Sequence record: OL310488.1
Reading direction: 5' to 3' (one strand)
DNA length: 64,000 bases
Source of the DNA: Escherichia phage EC101
A program made the position numbers and the translations under genes. A model generated the notes under the pieces. That model was not told where the DNA came from. It saw nothing but the letters and a program-made list of their open reading frames with translations, and did not search any database. Positions 21,344-31,789 of this stretch are shown one piece after another; the stretch's first letter is position 1, and the number at the start of each line of letters is the position of its first letter.

Positions 21344-22261
21344 ATGGATTTAGAAATGATGCTGGATGAAGATTACAAAGAAGGAATTTGCTTTATTGAC
21401 TTTAGTCAAATTGCTCTTTCAACTGCTCTGGTAAACTTCCCAGATAAAGAAAAAATTAATTTATCAATGGTTCGTCATTTGATATTGAACTCAATTAAGT
21501 TTAATGTCAAAAAAGCAAAAACGCTTGGATACACTAAAATTGTACTGTGTATTGATAACGCGAAATCTGGATACTGGCGTCGTGATTTCGCTTATTATTA
21601 TAAGAAAAACCGTGGAAAAGCACGAGAAGAATCTACTTGGGACTGGGAAGGTTATTTTGAATCCAGTCATAAAGTTATAGATGAATTGAAAGCTTATATG
21701 CCATACATTGTTATGGATATTGATAAGTATGAAGCAGATGACCACATTGCTGTTCTTGTTAAAAAGTTCTCTTTAGAAGGACATAAGATTTTAATCATTT
21801 CATCGGATGGTGACTTTACACAGCTTCACAAATATCCAAATGTTAAGCAATGGTCACCGATGCATAAGAAATGGGTTAAAATTAAAAGCGGTTCTGCTGA
21901 AATTGATTGTATGACTAAAATTCTTAAGGGTGACAAAAAGGATAATGTTGCTTCAGTTAAAGTACGATCTGACTTTTGGTTTACCAGAGTTGAAGGTGAA
22001 CGAACTCCTTCAATGAAAACTTCAATCGTTGAAGCTATTGCTAATGACCGTGAGCAAGCTAAGGTGCTTCTCTCAGAATCTGAGTATAATCGTTATAAAG
22101 AAAATTTAGTTCTAATTGATTTTGATTATATTCCTGATAATATTGCTTCAAACATTGTGAATTACTATAATTCATATAAATTACCACCGCGTGGCAAAAT
22201 TTATTCATATTTTGTAAAAGCGGGTCTTTCTAAATTAACTAATAGCATTAATGAATTTTGA
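21344..22261 (+). CDS. rnh: RNase H (5'-3' exonuclease, FEN-1 family)
   Basis: 305 aa from the ATG with GAGG SD; sequence MDLEMMLDEDYKEGIC... matches T4 RNase H as recalled. Confidence 0.95.
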   Translation: MDLEMMLDEDYKEGICFIDFSQIALSTALVNFPDKEKINLSMVRHLILNSIKFNVKKAKTLGYTKIVLCIDNAKSGYWRRDFAYYYKKNRGKAREESTWDWEGYFESSHKVIDELKAYMPYIVMDIDKYEADDHIAVLVKKFSLEGHKILIISSDGDFTQLHKYPNVKQWSPMHKKWVKIKSGSAEIDCMTKILKGDKKDNVASVKVRSDFWFTRVEGERTPSMKTSIVEAIANDREQAKVLLSESEYNRYKENLVLIDFDYIPDNIASNIVNYYNSYKLPPRGKIYSYFVKAGLSKLTNSINEF

Positions 22262-22269
22262 GGTGAATA

Positions 22270-22539
22270 ATGGCTAAAAAAGAAATGGTTGAATTTGATG
22301 AAGCTATCCATGGCGAAGACTTGGCTAAATTTATTAAAGAAGCATCTGATCATAAACTGAAAATTTCCGGTTATAATGAATTGATTAAAGATATTCGAAT
22401 TCGTGCCAAAGATGAACTTGGCGTTGATGGTAAGATGTTTAATCGTCTATTAGCTTTGTATCATAAAGATAACCGTGATGTGTTTGAAGCTGAAACTGAA
22501 GAGGTAGTTGAACTTTATGACACAGTTTTCTCTAAATGA
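22270..22539 (+). CDS. dsbA: DsbA double-stranded DNA-binding protein (late transcription enhancer)
   Basis: 89-aa ORF; length and sequence consistent with T4 DsbA. Confidence 0.85.
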   Translation: MAKKEMVEFDEAIHGEDLAKFIKEASDHKLKISGYNELIKDIRIRAKDELGVDGKMFNRLLALYHKDNRDVFEAETEEVVELYDTVFSK

Positions 22540-22855
22540 CATTCGTCCGGTCGATGAGACCGGTCTTTCAGAAAAAGAACTTTCAATCAAGAAAGAAAAG
22601 GATGAAATAGCAAAGCTTCTTGATCGTCAAGAAAATGGATTTATTATTGAAAAAATGGTAGAAGAGTTTGGAATGAGTTATCTTGAAGCTACAACAGCAT
22701 TCTTAGAAGAAAACTCTATTCCTGAAACTCAATTTGCTAAATTTATTCCTTCGGGTATAATTGAAAAAATTCAGTCAGAAGCCATTGACGAAAATCTTTT
22801 ACGTCCTTCTGTTGTTCGTTGTGAAAAAACTAATACATTAGATTTTCTACTATGA
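22517..22855 (+). CDS. 33: gp33 late transcription co-activator
   Basis: 112 aa from the internal ATG; sequence MTQFSLNDIRPVDETGL... matches T4 gp33. Confidence 0.9.
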   Translation: MTQFSLNDIRPVDETGLSEKELSIKKEKDEIAKLLDRQENGFIIEKMVEEFGMSYLEATTAFLEENSIPETQFAKFIPSGIIEKIQSEAIDENLLRPSVVRCEKTNTLDFLL

Positions 22856-23505
22856 TTAAACTCCGCATGCCTGCTGGTGGTGAAAGATATATTGATGGTA
22901 AATCAGTTTATAAATTATACTTAATGATAAAACAGCATATGAATGGAAAGTATGATGTAATTAAGTATAATTGGTGCATGCGGGTGTCTGATGCCGCTTA
23001 TCAAAAGCGAAGGGATAAGTATTTTTTCCAGAAGTTATCAGAAAAATATAAATTAAAGGAACTTGCTTTAATCTTTATAAGCAATCTTGTTGCTAACCAA
23101 GATGCTTGGATTGGCGACATCTCTGACGCTGATGCACTTGTGTTTTATCGTGAATATATCGGACGCTTAAAGCAAATTAAATTTAAGTTTGAAGAAGATA
23201 TTCGCAATATTTACTATTTTAGTAAAAAAGTTGAAGTTTCTGCTTTTAAAGAAATCTTTGAGTATAATCCAAAAGTTCAATCAAGTTATATTTTTAAACT
23301 ACTTCAATCGAATATAATTTCGTTTGAAACGTTTATCTTGCTTGATTCGTTTTTAAATATAATTGATAAACACGATGAACAGACTGATAATTTAGTCTGG
23401 AATAATTATTCTATAAAGTTAAAGGCTTATAGAAAAATTTTAAATATTGATTCACAGAAAGCTAAAAATGTTTTCATTGAAACTGTGAAATCTTGCAAGT
23501 ATTAA
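22852..23505 (+). CDS. 59: gp59 helicase loader
   Basis: 217-aa ORF; matches T4 gp59 in length and sequence as recalled. Confidence 0.9.
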   Translation: MIKLRMPAGGERYIDGKSVYKLYLMIKQHMNGKYDVIKYNWCMRVSDAAYQKRRDKYFFQKLSEKYKLKELALIFISNLVANQDAWIGDISDADALVFYREYIGRLKQIKFKFEEDIRNIYYFSKKVEVSAFKEIFEYNPKVQSSYIFKLLQSNIISFETFILLDSFLNIIDKHDEQTDNLVWNNYSIKLKAYRKILNIDSQKAKNVFIETVKSCKY

Positions 23506-23506
23506 T

Positions 23507-23530
23507 TGCTTATTATAAATAGATTATAAT
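23507..23530 (+). promoter_or_regulatory. gene 32 middle promoter (MotA box TGCTTA, 12 bp, TATAAT) overlapping a late promoter TATAAATA at 23514..23521
   Basis: motifs read directly; T4 gene 32 is known to have middle and late promoters. Confidence 0.55.
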
Positions 23531-23538
23531 TATCTCAC

Positions 23539-23604
23539 TGACCAGCTATGAGGTCATACATCGTCATAGCACCAACTGTTAATTAAATTAAAAAGGAAAT
23601 AAAA
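23539..23604 (+). promoter_or_regulatory. gp32 translational operator (H-type pseudoknot plus unstructured A/U-rich leader)
   Basis: stems GACC/GGTC and GCTATGA/TCATAGC interleaved, followed by TTAATTAAATTAAAAAGGAAATAAAA-ATG; corresponds to the known autoregulatory site of T4 gene 32. Confidence 0.7.
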
Positions 23605-24510
23605 ATGTTTAAACGTAAATCTACTGCTGAACTTGCTGCACAAATGGCTAAACTGAATGGCAATAAAGGTTTTTCTTCTGAAGATAAAGGCGAGTGGAAA
23701 CTGAAACTCGATAATGCGGGTAACGGTCAAGCAGTAATTCGTTTTCTTCCGTCTAAAAATGATGAACAAGCACCATTCGCAATTCTTGTAAATCACGGTT
23801 TCAAGAAAAATGGTAAATGGTATATTGAAACATGTTCATCTACCCATGGTGATTACGATTCTTGTCCAGTATGTCAGTACATCAGTAAAAATGATCTGTA
23901 CAACACTGACAATAAAGAGTACAGTCTTGTTAAACGTAAAACTTCTTACTGGGCTAATATTCTTGTTGTAAAAGACCCAGCTGCTCCAGAAAATGAAGGT
24001 AAAGTATTTAAATATCGTTTCGGTAAGAAAATCTGGGATAAAATCAACGCGATGATTGCGGTTGATGTTGAAATGGGTGAAACTCCGGTTGATGTAACTT
24101 GTCCGTGGGAAGGTGCTAACTTTGTACTGAAAGTTAAACAGGTTTCTGGATTTAGTAACTACGACGAATCTAAATTCCTGAATCAATCTGCGATTCCAAA
24201 CATTGACGATGAATCTTTCCAGAAAGAACTGTTCGAACAAATGGTTGACCTTTCTGAAATGACTTCTAAAGATAAATTCAAATCGTTTGAAGAACTGAGC
24301 ACTAAATTCGGTCAAGTTATGGGAACTGCTGCAATGGGTGGTGCCGCTGCAACTGCCGCTAAGAAAGCTGATAAAGTTGCTGATGATTTGGATGCATTCA
24401 ATGTTGATGACTTCAAAACAAAAACTGAAGATGATTTTATGAGCTCAAGCTCTGGCAGTTCATCTAGTGCTGATGACACGGACCTGGATGACCTTTTGAA
24501 TGACCTTTAA
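23605..24510 (+). CDS. 32: gp32 single-stranded DNA-binding protein
   Basis: 301-aa ORF; sequence matches T4 gp32 as recalled, including the acidic C-terminus. Confidence 0.95.
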
Positions 24511-24533
24511 TAGATTATATTACTAATTAATTG

Positions 24534-24563
24534 GGGACCCTAGAGGTCCCCTTTTTTATTTTA
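24534..24563 (+). terminator. intrinsic terminator (GGGGACC-CTAGA-GGTCCCC followed by T-run)
   Basis: 7-bp GC stem followed by TTTTTTATTTT. Confidence 0.8.
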
Positions 24564-24581
24564 AAAATTTTTCACAAAACT

Positions 24582-24614
24582 GTTTACATCCTTGTTCTTC
24601 CATGGTACTATACA
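24582..24614 (+). promoter_or_regulatory. T4-type early promoter
   Basis: AAAAATTTTTCACAAAAC, GTTTACA, then ATGGTACTATAC. Confidence 0.55.
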
Positions 24615-24654
24615 ACTATCGGCAATACTGCTGATGATTAAAGAGGAAAACAAT

Positions 24655-24882
24655 ATGGCTAAAGTTGATATTGACATCGTTGATTTTGAATATATTGAAG
24701 AGATTATTCGTAATCGTTATCCTGAACTTAGTATCACAAGCGTGCAAGATTCTAAGTTTTGGAGTATTCAAATCGTTATTGAAGGTCCTCTTGAAGACCT
24801 CACCCGCTTTATGGCTAATGAATATTGTGATGGTATGGATGCTGAAGACACAGAATTTTACATGGGAATGATTGAACAATAA
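24655..24882 (+). CDS. hypothetical acidic protein (75 aa)
   Basis: AAGAGGAAAACAAT-ATG; track ORF trimmed to the SD-supported ATG. Confidence 0.6.
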   Translation: MAKVDIDIVDFEYIEEIIRNRYPELSITSVQDSKFWSIQIVIEGPLEDLTRFMANEYCDGMDAEDTEFYMGMIEQ

Positions 24883-24927
24883 TTATCAAGGGGCTATTAA
24901 GCCCCTATTAAAATGAGGAAAATCAAA

Positions 24928-25314
24928 ATGGAAATCGGCAAAAAATACGAGTTAAATCCACACCGTATTAAATCTTTCATTGATATTAGTTCATCAAATG
25001 CTAATATGGTCGGCATCATTCAAGAAAATGGTGGTTGGTTTGAAGTTAAATCAATATCAAGTTTAGATGGCTTTGATTATGTAACCGAAATCATTTGTGC
25101 TAATGGTGAAATCTATAATGATGATGGTATGGGTGATGATTATTTTGAACTTAGTGAAGAAGAGTTTTATTGTTTCCGCGAATATAAAGAACCGACTTCT
25201 GAAGAAGATGAAGTCAAAGACAAGGTTTCTGGCGTAACAAAAATTCACTGCATTGTTGACGAAAACAATGTAGATGAAATCATTGAACTTTTGCGAAAAA
25301 CTTTCAAAAAGTAG
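24928..25314 (+). CDS. hypothetical acidic protein (128 aa; alternative start at 24913)
   Basis: GAGGAAAATCAAA-ATG; no recognisable domain. Confidence 0.6.
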   Translation: MEIGKKYELNPHRIKSFIDISSSNANMVGIIQENGGWFEVKSISSLDGFDYVTEIICANGEIYNDDGMGDDYFELSEEEFYCFREYKEPTSEEDEVKDKVSGVTKIHCIVDENNVDEIIELLRKTFKK

Positions 25315-25345
25315 TTTACATAGGGTTTTAGTTGTGATACTATTA
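25314..25345 (+). promoter_or_regulatory. T4-type early promoter
   Basis: GTTTACA ... GTGATACTATTA. Confidence 0.5.
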
Positions 25346-25373
25346 CCCTATCAAAACTAATGGAGAAAAGAAA

Positions 25374-25442
25374 ATGTTAGCACCTTATATTATGGCAGCA
25401 GTTATGTTGGTTTGTTTATATCTTTTGATTAAAGCTTGCTAA
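25374..25442 (+). CDS. mini-ORF encoding a 22-aa hydrophobic peptide (MLAPYIMAAVMLVCLYLLIKAC)
   Basis: GGAGAAAAGAAA-ATG directly downstream of an early promoter; the stop is followed by AAGGAG SD of the next gene. Confidence 0.35.
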   Translation: MLAPYIMAAVMLVCLYLLIKAC

Positions 25443-25452
25443 GGAGAATAAA

Positions 25453-25695
25453 ATGAGATTACAACGTCAGAGCATTAAAGATTCGGAAGTTAGAGGTAAA
25501 TGGTATTTTAATATCATCGGTAAAGATTCTGAACTTGTTGAAAAAGCTGAACATCTTTTACGTGACATGGGATGGGAAGATGAATGTGATGGATGCCCTC
25601 TTTATGAGGATGGAGAAAGCGCAGGATTTTGGATTTACCATTCTGACGTCGAGCAGTTTAAAGCTGATTGGAAAATTGTGAAAAAGTCTGTTTAA
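25453..25695 (+). CDS. hypothetical protein (80 aa)
   Basis: AAGGAG SD; no recognisable domain. Confidence 0.6.
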   Translation: MRLQRQSIKDSEVRGKWYFNIIGKDSELVEKAEHLLRDMGWEDECDGCPLYEDGESAGFWIYHSDVEQFKADWKIVKKSV

Positions 25696-25705
25696 GGAAA
25701 ATAAT

Positions 25706-26061
25706 ATGTCTGACATTCGTGTAGCTGGAATTGCTCGAGTAAGTATTCGTTGCCAACTTAAAACTGCACCTGGGACGGCTTATATTAATTTATCACACGA
25801 CCTATGTTCTAGTGAAAGACAGTTAACAGGTGTAATTACATTTTACGCTGGATTTGGCGGAAACGAATTTACTGTAGGCGAATTTGTTGGCTGTAAATTA
25901 AAAGTTCAGAAGAACGTATTAGAACTTTTTAATGACCTTTACGATGATAGTGATGAAGTTTTTGATGAAATCGCACAAGCAGTTAACAGAGGAATGGTAA
26001 CTTTAGTTAAAATGATTAAAGATAGCGGATTTGCTTCTGGCCCCTTTCAGTGGGAGGTAAT

Positions 26062-26065
<4 letters not shown>
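25706..26065 (+). CDS. hypothetical protein (119 aa)
   Basis: AAGGAAAATAAT-ATG. Confidence 0.6.
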
Positions 26066-27090
<1,025 letters not shown>

Positions 27091-27091
<1 letters not shown>

Positions 27092-27639
27092 TGAAACAAT
27101 ACCAATTTTTAATTAAAGATATCCTGGAAAATGGCTACGAAACCGATGACCGAACAGGCACAGGAACAATTGCTTTGTTCGGTACTAAATTACGCTGGGA
27201 TTTAACTAAAGGTTTTCCTGCAGTAACAACTAAGAAGCTCGCCTGGAAAGCTTGCATTGCTGAGCTGCTTTGGTTTTTATCGGGAAGCACAAATGTCAAT
27301 GATTTGCGATTAATTCAACATGATTCGTTAATCCAAGGCAAAACAGTTTGGGATGAAAATTACGAAAATCAAGCAAAAGATTTAGGATACCATAGCGGTG
27401 AACTTGGTCCAATTTATGGAAAACAGTGGCGTGATTTTGGTGGTGTAGACCAAATTATAGAAGTTATTGATCGTATTAAAAAATTGCCAAATGATAGGCG
27501 TCAAATTGTTTCAGCATGGAATCCAGCTGAACTCAAGCAGATGGCATTACCGCCTTGTCATATGTTCTATCAGTTTAATGTGCGTAATGGCTATTTGGAT
27601 TTGCAGTGGTATCAACGATCAGTAGATGTTTTCTTGGGT
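27091..27639 (+). CDS. td: thymidylate synthase, exon 1
   Basis: sequence MKQYQFLIKDILENGYETDDRTGTGT...; exon ends ...CTTGGGT at the group I 5' splice site. Confidence 0.9.
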
Positions 27640-28655
27640 TAATTGAGGCCTGAGTATAAGGTGACTTATACTTGTAATCTATCTAAACGGGGAACCTCTC
27701 TAGTAGACAATCCCGTGCTAAATTGTAGGACTGCCCTTTAATAAATACTTCTATATTTAAAGAGGTATTTATGAAAAGCGGAATTTATCAGATTAAAAAT
27801 ACTTTAAACAATAAAGTATATGTAGGAAGTGCTAAAGATTTTGAAAAGAGATGGAAGAGGCATTTTAAAGATTTAGAAAAAGGATGCCATTCTTCTATAA
27901 AGCTTCAGAGGTCTTTTAACAAACATGGTAATGTGTTTGAATGTTCTATTTTGGAAGAAATTCCATATGAGAAAGATTTGATTATTGAACGAGAAAATTT
28001 TTGGATTAAAGAGCTTAATTCTAAAATTAATGGATACAATATTGCTGATGCAACGTTTGGTGATACATGTTCTACGCATCCATTAAAAGAAGAAATTATT
28101 AAGAAACGTTCTGAAACTGTTAAAGCTAAGATGCTTAAACTTGGACCTGATGGTCGGAAAGCTCTTTACAGTAAACCCGGAAGTAAAAACGGGCGTTGGA
28201 ATCCAGAAACCCATAAGTTTTGTAAGTGCGGTGTTCGCATACAAACTTCTGCTTATACTTGTAGTAAATGCAGAAATCGTTCAGGTGAAAATAATTCATT
28301 CTTTAATCATAAGCATTCAGACATAACTAAATCTAAAATATCAGAAAAGATGAAAGGTAAAAAGCCTAGTAATATTAAAAAGATTTCATGTGATGGGGTT
28401 ATTTTTGATTGTGCAGCAGATGCAGCTAGACATTTTAAAATTTCGTCTGGATTAGTTACTTATCGTGTAAAATCTGATAAATGGAATTGGTTCTACATAA
28501 ATGCCTAACGACTATCCCTTTGGGGAGTAGGGTCAAGTGACTCGAAACGATAGACAACTTGCTTTAACAAGTTGGAGATATAGTCTGATCTGCATGGTGA
28601 CATGCAGCTGGATATAATTCCGGGGTAAGATTAACGACCTTATCTGAACATAATG
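27640..28655 (+). mobile_element. group I self-splicing intron (td intron, 1016 nt) carrying the I-TevI ORF
   Basis: intron starts TAATTGAGGCCTGAGTATAAGGTGACTTATACTTGTAATCTATCTAAACGGGGAACC... and ends ...TAAGATTAACGACCTTATCTGAACATAATG, as in the T4 td intron; splicing restores a 286-aa TS reading frame. Confidence 0.9.
27771..28508 (+). CDS. I-TevI: I-TevI GIY-YIG homing endonuclease (intron-encoded)
   Basis: 245-aa ORF inside the intron; N-terminal GIYQIKN...YVGSAKDF...R motif (GIY-YIG); zinc finger CKCG...CSKC; AAAGAGG SD. Confidence 0.9.
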   Translation: MKSGIYQIKNTLNNKVYVGSAKDFEKRWKRHFKDLEKGCHSSIKLQRSFNKHGNVFECSILEEIPYEKDLIIERENFWIKELNSKINGYNIADATFGDTCSTHPLKEEIIKKRSETVKAKMLKLGPDGRKALYSKPGSKNGRWNPETHKFCKCGVRIQTSAYTCSKCRNRSGENNSFFNHKHSDITKSKISEKMKGKKPSNIKKISCDGVIFDCAADAARHFKISSGLVTYRVKSDKWNWFYINA

Positions 28656-28967
28656 CTTCCATTTAATATTGCATCATATGCTGCGTTAGTTCATATTGTA
28701 GCTAAGATGTGTAATCTTATTCCGGGAGATTTGATATTTTCCGGTGGTAATACTCATATCTATATGAATCACGTAGAACAATGTAAAGAAATTTTGCGTC
28801 GTGAACCTAAAGAGCTTTGTGAACTGGTAATAGGCGGATTGCCTTATAAATTCCGCTATCTTTCTACTAAAGAACAATTGGAATACATTCTTAAACTCAG
28901 GCCTAAAGATTTCGTTCTCAAAGATTATCAGTCCCACGGCGTCTTGAAAGGAAAAATGGCGGTGTAA
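28656..28967 (+). CDS. td: thymidylate synthase, exon 2
   Basis: LPFNIASYAALVHIVAKMCNLIPGDLIFSGGNTHIYMNHV... continues the TS frame directly after the intron. Confidence 0.9.
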   Translation, partial: LPFNIASYAALVHIVAKMCNLIPGDLIFSGGNTHIYMNHVEQCKEILRREPKELCELVIGGLPYKFRYLSTKEQLEYILKLRPKDFVLKDYQSHGVLKGKMAV

Positions 28968-28990
28968 TTTTAATTTAATTGTGAGGATTT

Positions 28991-29254
28991 ATGATTTTAC
29001 GATTTAAAGATACTTCTGGTGTAGTTCTTTTTACACTTCCTAACCCAAGTGAGTTAGAAGTTCCAGGACCAAATCAGCCTATTATCATTTATGGCAAAAA
29101 ATATTATACTCATAAAATGACTCGTGAGTATTTTGATAATAAAATTTCCACAGTTAAAACTTCTTCTGACTGTTACTACGATATTACTGTTTTAACGGAA
29201 AAACAATATGCCGAATTATCACCGCGCGGGCCGTCTATGTCGGGTAGTGAATAA
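28991..29254 (+). CDS. hypothetical protein (87 aa)
   Basis: GTGAGGATTT-ATG; no recognisable domain. Confidence 0.55.
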   Translation: MILRFKDTSGVVLFTLPNPSELEVPGPNQPIIIYGKKYYTHKMTREYFDNKISTVKTSSDCYYDITVLTEKQYAELSPRGPSMSGSE

Positions 29255-29534
29255 ATACAAATCCGACTTTGATGTGAATATTCACCGTGGTACATTTTGG
29301 GGAAATTACGTCGGTAAAGATGCTGGCAGCCGGGAGGCTGCCATTGAATTATTCAAAAAAGATTTTATACGTCGAATTAAATCCGGAGAAATAACTAAAG
29401 CACATTTAGAGCCTTTACGTGGAATGAGGCTAGGATGCACATGTAAACCAAAGCCGTGTCATGGTGATATAATAGCTCATATAGTTAACCGACTGTTTAA
29501 AGACGATTTTCAAGTTGAGGACTTATGCAATTAA
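29208..29534 (+). CDS. hypothetical protein (108 aa) with C-terminal GCTCKPxPCHGD motif
   Basis: ORF overlapping the previous one by 47 nt; start uncertain; the Cys/His motif suggests a small metal-binding domain. Confidence 0.5.
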   Translation: MPNYHRAGRLCRVVNKYKSDFDVNIHRGTFWGNYVGKDAGSREAAIELFKKDFIRRIKSGEITKAHLEPLRGMRLGCTCKPKPCHGDIIAHIVNRLFKDDFQVEDLCN

Positions 29535-31789
29535 TTAATGTTATCAAAAGTAGTGGTGTTTCTCAGAGCTTTGACCCGCAAAAAATTATTAAAGTTTTAT
29601 CTTGGGCATCTGAGGGAACATCAGTAGATCCTTATGAATTATATGAAAATATTAAATCATATCTCCGTGATGGAATGACAACTGATGACATTCAGACTAT
29701 TGTCATTAAGGCTGCTGCGAATTCTATTTCGGTTGAAGAGCCTGATTATCAATATGTAGCTGCACGCTGTTTAATGTTCGCTCTTCGTAAGCATGTTTAT
29801 GGGCAGTATGAACCACGTTCATTTATTGACCATATTTCTTACTGTGTAAATGAAGGTAAATATGACCCTGAATTATTGTCAAAATATTCAGCAGAAGAAA
29901 TTACATTTTTAGAATCAAAAATTAAGCACGAGCGGGATATGGAATTTACTTATTCCGGGGCGATGCAATTAAAAGAAAAATATCTAGTTAAAGATAAAAC
30001 CACTGGTCAAATTTATGAAACTCCACAGTTTGCATTTATGACTATTGGAATGGCATTGCATCAAGATGAACCTGTTGATAGATTAAAACATGTTATCCGT
30101 TTTTATGAAGCGGTATCTACTCGACAGATTTCATTACCAACTCCTATTATGGCTGGTTGCCGTACTCCAACTCGGCAGTTTAGTTCATGCGTTGTTATTG
30201 AGGCAGGCGATTCACTGAAGTCTATCAATAAGGCTTCTGCTTCAATTGTTGAATATATCTCTAAACGCGCTGGAATTGGTATTAACGTTGGTATGATTCG
30301 TGCTGAAGGTTCTAAGATTGGCATGGGTGAAGTACGCCATACTGGTGTTATTCCTTTTTGGAAACATTTTCAGACTGCTGTTAAATCATGCTCACAGGGT
30401 GGAATTCGTGGCGGCGCTGCTACTGCTTATTATCCTATTTGGCATTTGGAAGTTGAAAATCTTCTTGTTTTGAAAAATAACAAAGGCGTAGAAGAAAACC
30501 GTATTCGTCATATGGATTATGGTGTTCAACTGAATGATTTGATGATGGAACGTTTTGGAAAGAACGATTACATTACTTTGTTCAGTCCCCATGAAATGGG
30601 CGGAGAGCTTTATTATTCTTATTTTAAAGACCAAGACCGTTTCCGTGAATTATACGAAGCAGCAGAAAAAGACCCTAATATTCGTAAAAAGCGTATTAAA
30701 GCCCGTGAACTATTTGAATTGCTCATGACTGAACGCTCAGGAACAGCAAGAATTTATGTACAGTTCATTGATAATACGAATAACTATACTCCGTTTATTC
30801 GTGAAAAGGCACCTATTCGTCAGAGTAACTTGTGCTGTGAAATTGCTATTCCAACAAATGATGTGAATAGTCCTGATGCTGAAATTGGATTGTGTACTCT
30901 CTCTGCATTCGTACTAGATAATTTTGACTGGCAAGACCAAGATAAAATTAATGAATTGGCAGAAGTTCAAGTTCGTGCTCTTGATAATCTGTTGGATTAC
31001 CAAGGATATCCAGTTCCTGAAGCAGAAAAAGCTAAAAAGCGTCGTAACCTCGGTGTAGGTGTTACCAACTATGCAGCTTGGCTGGCAAGTAACTTTGCTT
31101 CTTATGAAGATGCTAATGATTTAACACATGAACTATTTGAGAGATTACAGTATGGACTCATTAAAGCATCCATTAAGCTCGCCAAAGAAAAAGGACCTTG
31201 CGAATATTATTCAGACACTCGTTGGTCTCGAGGCGAATTACCTATCGACTGGTACAATAAAAAGATTGACCAAATCGCAGCTCCAAAATACGTTTGTGAC
31301 TGGTCGGCGCTGCGGGAAGACCTTAAGCTCTTTGGCATCCGTAATAGCACATTATCAGCACTTATGCCATGTGAGTCATCTTCCCAAGTTTCTAACAGTA
31401 CAAACGGTATCGAGCCTCCACGTGGACCAGTCTCTGTTAAAGAATCAAAAGAGGGTTCCTTTAATCAAGTCGTGCCCAATATTGAGCATAACATAGACCT
31501 TTACGACTATACATGGAAATTAGCTAAGAAAGGTAATAAACCTTATCTTACGCAGGTAGCTATTATGCTGAAATGGGTTTGTCAATCAGCTTCGGCGAAT
31601 ACATATTATGACCCGCAGATTTTTCCAAAAGGAAAGGTTCCAATGTCTGTAATGATTGATGACATGCTATACGGATGGTATTATGGCATTAAAAACTTCT
31701 ACTATCATAATACTCGTGATGGTTCCGGTACTGATGATTATGAAATAGAAACTCCAAAAGCCGATGATTGCGCAGCGTGTAAATTGTAA
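29525..31789 (+). CDS. nrdA: aerobic ribonucleoside-diphosphate reductase, alpha subunit
   Basis: 754-aa ORF, identical in length to T4 NrdA; ATP-cone N-terminus and class I RNR catalytic motifs. Confidence 0.95.
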   Translation: MQLINVIKSSGVSQSFDPQKIIKVLSWASEGTSVDPYELYENIKSYLRDGMTTDDIQTIVIKAAANSISVEEPDYQYVAARCLMFALRKHVYGQYEPRSFIDHISYCVNEGKYDPELLSKYSAEEITFLESKIKHERDMEFTYSGAMQLKEKYLVKDKTTGQIYETPQFAFMTIGMALHQDEPVDRLKHVIRFYEAVSTRQISLPTPIMAGCRTPTRQFSSCVVIEAGDSLKSINKASASIVEYISKRAGIGINVGMIRAEGSKIGMGEVRHTGVIPFWKHFQTAVKSCSQGGIRGGAATAYYPIWHLEVENLLVLKNNKGVEENRIRHMDYGVQLNDLMMERFGKNDYITLFSPHEMGGELYYSYFKDQDRFRELYEAAEKDPNIRKKRIKARELFELLMTERSGTARIYVQFIDNTNNYTPFIREKAPIRQSNLCCEIAIPTNDVNSPDAEIGLCTLSAFVLDNFDWQDQDKINELAEVQVRALDNLLDYQGYPVPEAEKAKKRRNLGVGVTNYAAWLASNFASYEDANDLTHELFERLQYGLIKASIKLAKEKGPCEYYSDTRWSRGELPIDWYNKKIDQIAAPKYVCDWSALREDLKLFGIRNSTLSALMPCESSSQVSNSTNGIEPPRGPVSVKESKEGSFNQVVPNIEHNIDLYDYTWKLAKKGNKPYLTQVAIMLKWVCQSASANTYYDPQIFPKGKVPMSVMIDDMLYGWYYGIKNFYYHNTRDGSGTDDYEIETPKADDCAACKL

